A stretch of 64,000 nt of DNA, taken from positions 7,520 to 71,519 of the forward strand of contig JACRIK010000002.1 of NCBI GenBank assembly GCA_016235865.1, in the 5' to 3' direction. A model generated the notes under the pieces. It had not been told where the DNA came from. It did not search any database and saw only the letters and a program-made list of their open reading frames with translations. The DNA is from Planctomycetota bacterium. GTDB lineage: Bacteria; Planctomycetota; MHYJ01; JACQXL01. Shown here piece after piece: positions 30,501 through 38,401 of the stretch. Made by a program: the position numbers and the translations under genes. Positions within the stretch are counted from its first letter, which is position 1, and every line of letters starts with the position of its first letter.

Positions 30501-30900
30501 ATATCGTTTATTAGCCGCGGCCGGCTATCCGGCCTGGTCTCCGGACGGTACTAAAATGGCCTGTGTCTCTTTCTCGGATTGGTCGATATGGACTATGAAC
30601 TCTGATGGCAGCAACAAAAAAGCGCTGTCCTCTCGTAAGGGAGTAAATCCGGCCTGGTCTCCGGACGGAACGATGGTCATTTATGAAGACTTATCAGCCG
30701 GCAAAGGCATTTGGGTAATCAAAACGGATGGGACAGGCGAGAGATTAATTAATAGCGAAGGCCACGCGCCGGCTTGGGGCGGTGGCAGTAATGACGATGA
30801 TAATGACGACAATGATGATAGGGATGACAACGGCAACGGTAATGGTAACGGTAATGGAAATGATAATGGAAACGGTAACGATAAAGACAAGAATAAATAA
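27523..30900 (+). CDS. large secreted multidomain protein: beta-sandwich repeats, two Ig-like domains, TolB/PD40 propeller, Asn-Gly/Asp tail (start ATG 27523)
   Basis: SD ggaggag; signal peptide; VSGNASDDVALASVTVNG...L..G.NT.TV.ATDA.GN Ig repeats; WSPDG repeats; NGNGN runs. Confidence 0.85.
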   Translation: MKKLNRVQVTILVTVLLVIGLAAGAIQAQTSVSASANTNADFSANTGAIAGKVLVPGATVTGGSVSGSMRDAAGQYYSATAYIDATGSYKFIGQSGNWTLSVSPYLRAGYSLSAYGYSENATAVIKAGETGSVNFTLNPGFVQGTVTVQGGTSASRYVYADNGSYAYANSLGQYTLPARPGARTLYAQAYFNGVYIRSNTRAATVLAGQTLNGIDLVVYLNANCTISGVYKLGNLSGNVNVYGTESALPAQFSKYVPFPGSYQVAVPAGAWSVRTWAYFNSYNDLFSTWQPPVTLTAGTNFQNDIIINPAYAAGSIKLTATGSLTLQDVAMQRTMINAWSTDNKGYSGYSYDQRITNSPDGPLYTNISTTGQSAVAPYYPSRGESRGECDITLAPGAYQLMAYAVFPKGQSSMGLVKTSTLTAGQTMSGMNFSVSPGKVLATIKVNGATLSQGYVYGYSYDLFGGWSSANYSTGADGVCNLILKPGTWYLSAYAYVNNYTTWLWLGSQKVVVTAGQTQQIDLNPPMLTVYSPADNLVTYSSNVAVSGNASDDVALASVTVNGTKVTLSASGSFYTMLRLANGSNTVTVIATDAAGNQTKVVRKVTLLDPPPVLKLLAPVDNTTVYMPGIIVYGQATDNLGVFSLTVNGESAALDGYGYFRKMVNLAVGLNTITVVATDASGNIAKAVRRVTYIQPVIAVNVKITPRTLNSPSNGRWVTVSIEIPKGVRASAYQINPASILVIDQFGVKYTADPSAPSEVKDSDQNGVVELTVKLDRANLESSLKKSLGWTDGDKGAEATVNFTVTGKITNSFYMLKGTDSIRVINQGNGNDNGNGNGNDDKKSASGTPMSIIYHSDYGSGLWAMKPDGSEKTQLSTFGWAAEFSPDSQKITFGKYYNAGIWTMNADGSNKIQLTTSGGAPTWSPDGRKIAYFVGGTTGSERRIWIMNSDGTNARQLSNNPGSFPQWSPDGTKISYHGEVNNGIWVMNADGANEYRLLAAAGYPAWSPDGTKMACVSFSDWSIWTMNSDGSNKKALSSRKGVNPAWSPDGTMVIYEDLSAGKGIWVIKTDGTGERLINSEGHAPAWGGGSNDDDNDDNDDRDDNGNGNGNGNGNDNGNGNDKDKNK

Positions 30901-30911
30901 ATCCTGATGAT

Positions 30912-30942
30912 AGGCCCGGCACCATAGTGGTGCCGGGCTTAT
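30912..30942 (+). terminator. probable terminator hairpin
   Basis: ggcccggcacca tag tggtgccgggc stem followed by ttatt. Confidence 0.65.
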
Positions 30943-31155
30943 TCATCCGACCTGGGAATTTACCCTATATACTGCCAACTACAGACTATATCTATATCCC
31001 TTAGCTTGCCTCGTTAGAAACCGTTCTGGCTAAGCAGCAGCGAATCTCGTTTACACCGAGTGTGACGAATGTGCGAGGGGAATCGGGGCGACGTCGGCCT
31101 TTCTTTCCCGGCGCCATACCCCAGAAATAAATTTACATAAAAATATCTCAAACTA

Positions 31156-31184
31156 TTGACAAACTCCGCGCCACGTGTTATAGT
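31156..31184 (+). promoter_or_regulatory. sigma70 promoter of arsR (near-leaderless)
   Basis: TTGACA-N17-TATAGT, ATG 9 nt downstream. Confidence 0.75.
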
Positions 31185-31193
31185 TCTATCGTT

Positions 31194-31526
31194 ATGAAAC
31201 AATCTAACTACGTCAGGATATTCAAGGCTCTGTCCAATGAACAGCGGCTCAGGATTTTTATGATGATTTACAAGGACTGTTGCGCGGCCGGGGGCGATGG
31301 CATTGCCAAATTTACGGCTGAAGAAAATTCCTGCTGCCCGGTGGCCGTGATTGAAAAGGCCTTTACCAAGGTCTGCGGCTGTATGAACCTGTCCCGGTCC
31401 ACCGTCTCGCACCATTTCAAGGAACTCCAGAACGCCGGCTTGATTACCTGCGAGCGGGACGGACAGATGTATCGCTGCCGGATTAATCCGGAGGCCGTCA
31501 ACGCCATTAAGGATTTCCTGAAGTAG
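31194..31526 (+). CDS. ArsR/SmtB family transcriptional regulator, Cys-rich
   Basis: FKALSNEQRLRIF, LSRSTVSHHFKELQNAGLI, wing RDGQMYRC; two CC pairs and CGC. Confidence 0.93.
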   Translation: MKQSNYVRIFKALSNEQRLRIFMMIYKDCCAAGGDGIAKFTAEENSCCPVAVIEKAFTKVCGCMNLSRSTVSHHFKELQNAGLITCERDGQMYRCRINPEAVNAIKDFLK

Positions 31527-31540
31527 TTTTTTTATCTAAA

Positions 31541-31561
31541 TAGTTCGATAGTGTTGGAACT
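31541..31561. promoter_or_regulatory. candidate ArsR operator AGTTC-N10-GAACT
   Basis: dyad; 15/21 identical to 31181-31201, which overlaps the arsR -10 and start codon. Confidence 0.5.
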
Positions 31562-31632
31562 GTAGTAATAGATGAATCGGTCCCGAATGCATGCGGGGCC
31601 ATAGTGGCGAATAAAACACGGTAACGCTCTAA

Positions 31633-31706
31633 CCCCGATGTCGCTAACGCTCATCGGGATAAGAGCCAGTAAAGGTCGTCCCTGTGGGACTCCTAACTGG
31701 CTCTAA
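31633..31706. repeat. composite palindromic element (ccccgat...atcggga plus TAA-GAGCCAGT...ACTGGCTC-TAA)
   Basis: ends at 31660-31670 and 31696-31706; same organisation as 2667-2770. Confidence 0.75.
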
Positions 31707-31725
31707 CAAAAGGGGGTGATAAGAC

Positions 31726-31896
31726 ATGTTCGACTGTTGCGGAAAGGATGCCAAGTCCCTGTGCGAGCAACTCAACTGCAAGGTCACGGAAACATCCAAG
31801 GGCGTCCAGGTTGAGATAACCGCCAAGGACGCGTCCAAGACAGAATCACTCAAGACCTTAGTTAAGGCCTTGCATGATTTCTGCGGATGTTGCTAA
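31726..31896 (+). CDS. 56-aa Cys-rich small protein, not in ORF track (putative metal/metalloid binder)
   Basis: SD agggggtga; MFDCCGKDAKSLCEQLNCKVTETSKGVQVEITAKDASKTESLKTLVKALHDFCGCC*. Confidence 0.8.
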   Translation: MFDCCGKDAKSLCEQLNCKVTETSKGVQVEITAKDASKTESLKTLVKALHDFCGCC

Positions 31897-32065
31897 AGGA
31901 GCAAGGTAGGGCAGTGTCGGGAAGCGGGCGCCCGCTTCCCGGCATGGCCGGCCTTGACCGCCCTGGCCTGATTAGCCACCCTTATCCTGTATCCCGGAAA
32001 CCCCTTGGCATAAAACCAACAATTTTTATTGACACTAACCGCGTTTTTACGTATGCATTAATATT

Positions 32066-33136
32066 ATGAAACGCGGATTCATTTATCCGGCCATCGGATT
32101 ATTGCTGGCCTATTTCCTGATTAACAGCGTTGGTTTCTCCGATGAAGCCATGGCCAAGGCCTTTCTGGCCAAGGGCGACGAGGCCATGAAGCAGAAGAAA
32201 TACGACCAGGCCCTGGAATTATACCAGAAAGCCGTTGCTGAAGCCCCGAACCTGCCCGAGGCCTATCTCAAAATCGGCGAGACCTATTTCAAGTTAAACG
32301 ACCTGCCCAAGGGCCGGACCGCGTTAAAAAAATGCATTACTCTTATTGACGAAACCCCCAAGCCGTCTGAAGACCTGGTGAAACTCCGAAAGCGGGCCGA
32401 TGAAATGCTGGTCAATTCAGACGTGTTCCGCAAGGGCTACCGGGCCCTGCGACTTGAATACGCCAAGGAATTGATGGCCTTTGTAAAAAAAGTCCAACCC
32501 AAAGACAACGGCCTGGCCGAATCGGCATTGAAAAGAGTAATTGCGATTGAGAAAAACGACGAGGCCTCCAAAATGCTGGAAGACCTCAGGAAAAACCGCA
32601 TTATCACCACCTGGACGCCGCTGGTAAACGTCTCCGATATGACCCGGTGGTTCTGGTATGAGCCGGAGGAATGGGTGGCTGAAAACGACGAATTAACCTG
32701 CGACACGCAGGGAATCGCTTGCTCCGTCAACGGCGACGGTTGGGGCAAGGATAAATACAAGGTCTCGGTTGAATTCCGCGTCCTCAAGACCTACACCCCG
32801 CAATACTCGGCCGGGCTGGCCATTGCCTGGGCCAAGGGCTATAAATCCGTGGTCATCCAGGGGGAGGGCACCCTGGCCTTGATGAGTTACGGGTTGAGCA
32901 ACGCGGCCGGTGATTCGCGCAAGAACGAAATACTCAAGGCCGAGCCGCTGGCCGGCGTCCTGCAAAAAGACGACTGGAACAAACTCATGGTCGACGTGGC
33001 CGGCCAGAATCTCAAGGCCTATCTCAACGATAAACTTATCATCGATTATAAATGCGCTGACTCCCTGGAGGGCGGCATCGGGCTGACCGGCGAAACCGGC
33101 CGGTTCTTATTCCGGAACCTGAAATACATCAAATGA
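32066..33136 (+). CDS. secreted TPR + DUF1080-like (3-keto-disaccharide hydrolase fold) protein
   Basis: signal peptide; TPR (ALELYQKAVAEAPNLPEAYLKIG); DWNKLMVDV.G...AYLND; GGIGL...FRNLKY. Confidence 0.75.
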   Translation: MKRGFIYPAIGLLLAYFLINSVGFSDEAMAKAFLAKGDEAMKQKKYDQALELYQKAVAEAPNLPEAYLKIGETYFKLNDLPKGRTALKKCITLIDETPKPSEDLVKLRKRADEMLVNSDVFRKGYRALRLEYAKELMAFVKKVQPKDNGLAESALKRVIAIEKNDEASKMLEDLRKNRIITTWTPLVNVSDMTRWFWYEPEEWVAENDELTCDTQGIACSVNGDGWGKDKYKVSVEFRVLKTYTPQYSAGLAIAWAKGYKSVVIQGEGTLALMSYGLSNAAGDSRKNEILKAEPLAGVLQKDDWNKLMVDVAGQNLKAYLNDKLIIDYKCADSLEGGIGLTGETGRFLFRNLKYIK

Positions 33137-34248
33137 ATTACCAACGACTTTGTGGCTGGGCAGTGCTGGGCGTCCTGGGCGCAGTCTGCCTCAACGCCCT
33201 GCTCCGGGCCGACGAGCAATCCGCCGGGATATACCTGCAAAAAGCCCTGGAAGCGGTTAAGCAGAAAAACTATGTAGCCGCCCTGGAATTATTCGACAAG
33301 GCCGTCAAGGAAGCCCCGGACATGCCGGAGATATACTATGAGCGGGGCATGCTCTACTGGAAAAACAAGGAAATGTCCGAAGGCATCAGCGATTTAAATA
33401 AAGCGGCCGGGCTGATTAACGCCCTGGACAAGCCGAGCATGAACCGGAAAAACCTGCTCCCGAAAATCGCCGCCGGCCAGTCCGAATACAAAAAGCTGGC
33501 CGACGAATTTGACGCGCTCAACCAAAAATACATGGCCCGCGACCTGGCCCTGCTGGAACAGAACCAGGCCAATCCCGACCCTCTTTTGATAGATATCATG
33601 AACATTATCCAGCCCTTTATTCCGGAATCGATGAGAGAGCAATACAATACTCTCTGGACCAATATTTTCAGTGAAACCGGCAAGAAAATGACCCCGCTGT
33701 TTAACGGCGCTAATCTGGGGGACTGGGAAGCCGAGAACCCGAACTGGACCGTGGAAAACGGGGCCATCATCGGCCAATTCATGGACAGCCTACTGGTTCA
33801 CAAGCACACCGTCCAGTTAAACAGCGGCGCCTATGCGGTTTCGGCCAAGGTCCAGATACTGGAAGAAAATCCGCCTGATGTCAACGCCGGTATCCTGTTC
33901 GGCGGCCGCTTCGACCAGTTCCTGCTTTTCGGCGTCCGGTCCAACCGGGTGGAATTAGTCAAGTTCAGCATACAGCAGGATGTCAAGAATGACCGAAGGG
34001 TTTTAATGCCCAATGTCATTGCCAATTGCCCGCCGCCGGCCGGGTTTGACGCCAAACAGGTCAATGAGCTTATGATTATCGTGGACGACGACTTTGTGGA
34101 CTGTTACCTGAACGGCAAGCGCATCATGGGCAAAAGGTTTGCCGGCGGGGAAACCGGCGACCGGAAGAGTTTCTACGGCGCTCCCGGCCTGAGCGTGCTG
34201 CGCTGCAAGGCCCAATTCACCGATTTCAAATACCTGATTTACGAATAG
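33133..34248 (+). CDS. second TPR + DUF1080-like protein (tandem paralog)
   Basis: TPR; PLFNGANLGDWE...WTVENGAIIG typical of the DUF1080 start; FTDFKY end. Confidence 0.8.
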   Translation: MNYQRLCGWAVLGVLGAVCLNALLRADEQSAGIYLQKALEAVKQKNYVAALELFDKAVKEAPDMPEIYYERGMLYWKNKEMSEGISDLNKAAGLINALDKPSMNRKNLLPKIAAGQSEYKKLADEFDALNQKYMARDLALLEQNQANPDPLLIDIMNIIQPFIPESMREQYNTLWTNIFSETGKKMTPLFNGANLGDWEAENPNWTVENGAIIGQFMDSLLVHKHTVQLNSGAYAVSAKVQILEENPPDVNAGILFGGRFDQFLLFGVRSNRVELVKFSIQQDVKNDRRVLMPNVIANCPPPAGFDAKQVNELMIIVDDDFVDCYLNGKRIMGKRFAGGETGDRKSFYGAPGLSVLRCKAQFTDFKYLIYE

Positions 34249-34254
34249 CCGCCT
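34123..34254 (+). repeat. 132-bp direct repeat, copy 1 (3' end of the TPR-DUF1080 gene)
   Basis: 128/132 identical to 38402-38533. Confidence 0.95.
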
Positions 34255-34342
34255 GCTCACGCCCATCCCTTTACCGTTGCCCGGTAAATGAGTATGGCCT
34301 GCCCGAATGGATGTCTGGTCAGGCGGGTGTCCCGGAATTTCC

Positions 34343-34369
34343 GAACTTGAAAGAATTCAATTCTTCAAT
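34343..34369 (+). promoter_or_regulatory. RpoE/ECF-like promoter candidate
   Basis: GAACTT-N16-TCAAT upstream of the ECF sigma gene. Confidence 0.4.
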
Positions 34370-34453
34370 AATAATTAAATTCCCCGTGACTTTTTCGTTT
34401 CGGCTGTTACTATACTTATAGAGAGACACGGTAAGCAGTAATTAAGGAGCCAG

Positions 34454-35014
34454 TTGTTGATGTCAAATACCGAATGCCTTGTGCAGGGATTGCAACAAGG
34501 CAATGAACAATCTTTTACTACCTTGGTGGACCGTTATAAAACCTATGTCTATTCCGTCGCATATAACCGGGTGGGTAATTTCACGGATGCCGAAGAAATT
34601 GTCCAGATGGTTTTCGTGGAGGTGTTTAAGAATATCCGGAGTTTAAATGAACCGTTAAAACTGGCTCAATGGCTCCACGGTATTACTGACCGTGTTTCTC
34701 TAAACTGGCTCAGGAAATATCGTACGAAAACCATCTCTTTTAAAGAATTGGGAAATGAAATAGCCGAGGCGAAGTCCCATAATCCGATGGAAATTATTAA
34801 CGGCCAGGAGGAAACTGCCCGGGGGATAAAGAAGGCCATGGGCGTCTATAATTCACTGGAACCGGACCAGCGGGTAGTGCTTAATCTGAAATATATGGAA
34901 TCTCTTTCCTATGACGAGATAGCGAACCGGTTAGGCATTACCAGCGATGCGGTGCGGGGCAAACTCTATCGCGCCCATCTCTGCCTTAAACAAATTAAGG
35001 ATAGTTTAAAATGA
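34454..35014 (+). CDS. ECF RNA polymerase sigma factor (start may be ATG 34460)
   Basis: region 2 (LVDRYKTYVYSVAY, DAEEIVQMVF, QWLHGI) and region 4 (LEPDQRVVLNLKY...SYDEIANRLG...VRGKLYRA). Confidence 0.93.
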   Translation: MLMSNTECLVQGLQQGNEQSFTTLVDRYKTYVYSVAYNRVGNFTDAEEIVQMVFVEVFKNIRSLNEPLKLAQWLHGITDRVSLNWLRKYRTKTISFKELGNEIAEAKSHNPMEIINGQEETARGIKKAMGVYNSLEPDQRVVLNLKYMESLSYDEIANRLGITSDAVRGKLYRAHLCLKQIKDSLK

Positions 35015-35976
35015 CCTGTAATTTCAGTAACGAACACCGCAGTGACCGCGCCAGCGAACACCGCAGTGACCGCGCCAGCGAACACAGCAGTGACCGTGAG
35101 CATCCACTGGAGCGGGACAAATTGTTGGGCTATCTGGATAATGAGATAGATACCAAACAACGCGCGGAAATCGGATTGCATCTAAAGGGCTGTCCGGAAT
35201 GCCGAGATGAATTAGAGTCATTAAAAGAGGCGCAGACATTATGGCGCAGGACGCTGGGTCCGCACGCATTGGCGCCTGATTTTTATATTCGGGTAAAGAA
35301 CCGGGTATCCCGAACTGTTTTCCGCAGGTGGGCATTGAGATTTGCTGTCGCCGGCGCTGCGGCGGTCTGGATGTTAGCCGTCACCTTGGTGTTCTTATCA
35401 CCTTCCAAAGATAACCCGGTTCCCCAGGATTCAACCGCTTCTGTCGGCACCGGCGGCAATGAGATGGCAACCCGCACGGATAAACAGCCAATAGGTTTAG
35501 AACAGCCGATAACAGCCACCTCAATAACGGACTCTATCGCGATGCAGACCGAAAAAGACCACTTTAAAATCCTGCACCATAAACAACCGATGTTATCAAT
35601 CCTTGTCAAGATGCTTAAGAAGCAGGTTAGCAAGGGCGATAATGCCGACGTCAAAGAGTCAACGGCAATAGCCACCGCAGAACTAATCAAACTTCTGTCA
35701 GATAAAGATGACGAGATACGCGGGATTGCCGCCGCGACGCTTGGCGAACTTAAAGCCACGGAATCAATTCCGGAGCTGGTGAAGTTATTAAACGACAAAT
35801 ACGCCGGCGCGCGCGGCTGGGCCGCCATAGCGTTAACGGAACTCGGCGCTCAGGACAAGGTATCTCAAAATGCCATAGCGGATATAAAACTCATCCGGGA
35901 CAATAGCGACGAGGCCTATGGCGCCCGCGCCCAGGCCGCCTTGGAAAAATTAGGAATAGCGGACCACCATAAATAG
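35011..35976 (+). CDS. ZAS (zf-HC2) anti-sigma factor with TM helix and extracytoplasmic HEAT repeats
   Basis: LLGYLDNE...HLKGCPEC; TM FAVAGAAAVWMLAVTLVFL; HEAT (LIKLLSDKDDEIRGIAAATLGEL); ATGA overlap with the sigma gene. Confidence 0.9.
   Translation: MTCNFSNEHRSDRASEHRSDRASEHSSDREHPLERDKLLGYLDNEIDTKQRAEIGLHLKGCPECRDELESLKEAQTLWRRTLGPHALAPDFYIRVKNRVSRTVFRRWALRFAVAGAAAVWMLAVTLVFLSPSKDNPVPQDSTASVGTGGNEMATRTDKQPIGLEQPITATSITDSIAMQTEKDHFKILHHKQPMLSILVKMLKKQVSKGDNADVKESTAIATAELIKLLSDKDDEIRGIAAATLGELKATESIPELVKLLNDKYAGARGWAAIALTELGAQDKVSQNAIADIKLIRDNSDEAYGARAQAALEKLGIADHHK
35031..35096 (+). repeat. 24-bp in-frame tandem repeat (about 2.75 copies, EHRSDRAS)
   Basis: cgaacaccgcagtgaccgcgccag twice plus cgaacacagcagtgaccg. 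Confidence 0.92.
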
Positions 35977-36001
35977 TTTTATTAACCGAAAGGAGATTTC
36001 T

Positions 36002-37159
36002 ATGAGAAACAGGGCAGTAATTATTGGCGGTTCCATATTGGCGACCATACTGATAATTGCCGGCGGATGCTCGCAAACCTCTTTAACCACTGGGCAACCG
36101 GAGCCTTTGGCGAGCCTCGTCCTTCAGGGCGGGGAGCCGACCCAAACGGCGGCCGTATTAAACTACGATTTCATAGACCGGGGCGCCACTTCCCAGTCAG
36201 AGATGGAAGAGGTCATGGGCTCGGCTTTGGCCGGATACCTGATAGTCAACGATGGCTATCCCCGCTCAACGCTGGTGAACTACCTCTATCGGAATAAATG
36301 TTTTTATTTCCCGCTGAATACCGGCGCGCAGCCGGTCATCTTCAAATCACTCCAGAATAATCCCAAGGTCTGTTTCGCGGTTGACAAATACACCCAGTTG
36401 CACTGGTGGAGCGCTAATGTCTTCGGCCAGGCCGAGATAATCAAGGACCCGGCGCAAATTTCCAAGTGGCTTAAGGAATACGAAAAAGTCCTGGGCAAGG
36501 ACGGGTTTAATTACCCGGCTCCAAAGGATTTAGCCGGCACTGTTATCGTCAGGATTACGCCCGAGACCATCTCCGGCCGGAAGATGAACGACCCGGCGAA
36601 CCCCAATTATGCCGTGCGCCTGCCCTGGATAACCCCGTCGCGCGGGCCGGCTGATGATACCGTCGCGCCAAGGGACCTGCCGGTTGAGGTATCCGGCTCC
36701 ACATTAGCCAAAGAGGTATCGCTGGACGGAGTTGACCCCAAGGTGGTGGAATCAATCCTCAAGGGCGTCGGCGCCTGCCGGCTGAACATCGTAGATACCG
36801 AGTATCCCTACTCCATACCGATGAGCGTGATGTCTTATACCAACGGTAATGTCATCATGCACTCCAATAAAAAAGGCCAGAAGATGGACTGCCTCAGGGT
36901 CAACCAAAAAGTAAGTGTGGATTACCAGTGGTTCTGGAACAATTCCAATTGGATAGCCCTGAATTTAGAGGGCCATATAAATATCCTGGAAAAACCCGAG
37001 GACATGGCCAAGGCGCTGGGTATGGGCAATCCCCAGATGCTGGACCGGATGGCCCAAAGAATGGCTATCCTGGAATTCGTCCCGGAAAAAATATCGGCCC
37101 GGCAGCTGGAAATACCGCGCAGATGGTATTCGCAGATGCCCGGGACTAAAACAAGATAA
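36002..37159 (+). CDS. lipoprotein with two PNPOx/NimA-like split-barrel flavin-binding domains
   Basis: lipobox LIIAGGC; domain 1 DGYPRSTLVNY...QNNPKVCFAV...NVFGQAEII...RITPETISGRK; domain 2 ACRLNI...YPYSIPM...GQKMDCLRVNQKVSV...FVPEKISARQ. Confidence 0.75.
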   Translation: MRNRAVIIGGSILATILIIAGGCSQTSLTTGQPEPLASLVLQGGEPTQTAAVLNYDFIDRGATSQSEMEEVMGSALAGYLIVNDGYPRSTLVNYLYRNKCFYFPLNTGAQPVIFKSLQNNPKVCFAVDKYTQLHWWSANVFGQAEIIKDPAQISKWLKEYEKVLGKDGFNYPAPKDLAGTVIVRITPETISGRKMNDPANPNYAVRLPWITPSRGPADDTVAPRDLPVEVSGSTLAKEVSLDGVDPKVVESILKGVGACRLNIVDTEYPYSIPMSVMSYTNGNVIMHSNKKGQKMDCLRVNQKVSVDYQWFWNNSNWIALNLEGHINILEKPEDMAKALGMGNPQMLDRMAQRMAILEFVPEKISARQLEIPRRWYSQMPGTKTR

Positions 37160-37231
37160 TTGCGTCCCTAAAGGGACAAAGTTAAATCCCGTTCTGCCGT
37201 GATGTCGGGACGGGATAAGAGGAGGTAATCT

Positions 37232-38233
37232 ATGAATAGAACGATAACATGGGGTGTGGTAACTATGATAATCTGCCTGATTTACCTGGGCGTAACAGTT
37301 GCGGAAGAAAAGCCGGACGGGAAGGAATACAACCTGGTTTATCATGTAGAAAGCGGACAGAAGCGGCAATGCGCCTATGAACTCTCGGTTGCCGGAGAGG
37401 TCAAGGTGGTTACCTTTGGCCGGCATCCGGTAATGAGGTTTTCCAGCAAGATAGCCAGGACGATTAATGAACAAATATTAGAAGCCAAGAAAGACCCTGA
37501 CGGCAATATTAACAATCTAAAAATGAAGCGGGAATATGCCTCATCGGTCTTAACCGCCCTGGAGCCGGTCAAACCCGGTGATAATGCCGCGATGGAACCC
37601 GGGCCGGAGAAGAAAAACGAGAATACGCGGCCGGACGCGATTGATAAACAGACCCTGGAAATATCATACCAGGATGGCAATGTAAATATAAAGCCGGCCA
37701 GCGCCGCCGGGACAAAAGGCGGCAGTAAGCCAAAAGACGAATTATCGCCGGAGGCCCAGGCGTTAGTAACCCTGCACGATGGCAACTTCGCCCTTTTCGC
37801 GCCCAATAAGAAGGTGAAAATAGGAGATGAATGGGAAATCAAATCAGATGTGATATCCCAGGTGCTGGCGCTCAAAGACGGGCGGCCGATTCGTTATGTC
37901 CACAAATCGCCTGAGGTGGGAATGCGCTTTGACATACAGGATAACAGCGTGATAAAATGCGCCTTTACCGAGGTGGTGAAAATAGACGGTGTTGACTGCG
38001 CCAAGATTAAGTTGGAAGGCCAGATTGCCGCCCGGCAGGATGATATCCTGAATGCGCAGATAGCTGTGAACGGTTTTACCTGGCTGGCGCTCAAGGATGG
38101 CGCGGCGAAAAAAGTGGAACTGGACGGCGATATGAAGTTAAGCGGCGAATACCCGGGTCATGAGACGGATAAAGGTATGGCGCTCCGTTGTATTGTTGAA
38201 GGTAAAGGCAGGATGTCGCTGAAGACAAAATAG
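37232..38233 (+). CDS. hypothetical secreted beta-rich protein
   Basis: SD gaggagg; signal peptide MNRTITWGVVTMIICLIYLGVTVA; no recognised motif. Confidence 0.75.
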   Translation: MNRTITWGVVTMIICLIYLGVTVAEEKPDGKEYNLVYHVESGQKRQCAYELSVAGEVKVVTFGRHPVMRFSSKIARTINEQILEAKKDPDGNINNLKMKREYASSVLTALEPVKPGDNAAMEPGPEKKNENTRPDAIDKQTLEISYQDGNVNIKPASAAGTKGGSKPKDELSPEAQALVTLHDGNFALFAPNKKVKIGDEWEIKSDVISQVLALKDGRPIRYVHKSPEVGMRFDIQDNSVIKCAFTEVVKIDGVDCAKIKLEGQIAARQDDILNAQIAVNGFTWLALKDGAAKKVELDGDMKLSGEYPGHETDKGMALRCIVEGKGRMSLKTK

Positions 38234-38401
38234 GAATAACAGAATATGACAACCGAAAACAGGATGCACATCGTGGTGGTAATGCTTGAGATGTGGTCTA
38301 CGGCGGGCTGTAAATCCTAATGTTCTTGGTGTGCTGTGGGGGCGGGGAAATTAGTATTGCCAGCCCAGCACATTCCTTATGTGCTGTGGTGTCCCAAGAT
38401 T

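Noticed and set aside
35031-35096. 24-bp repeats as a CRISPR array
   Set aside because: Repeats are contiguous without spacers, in frame within a CDS, and no cas genes are present.
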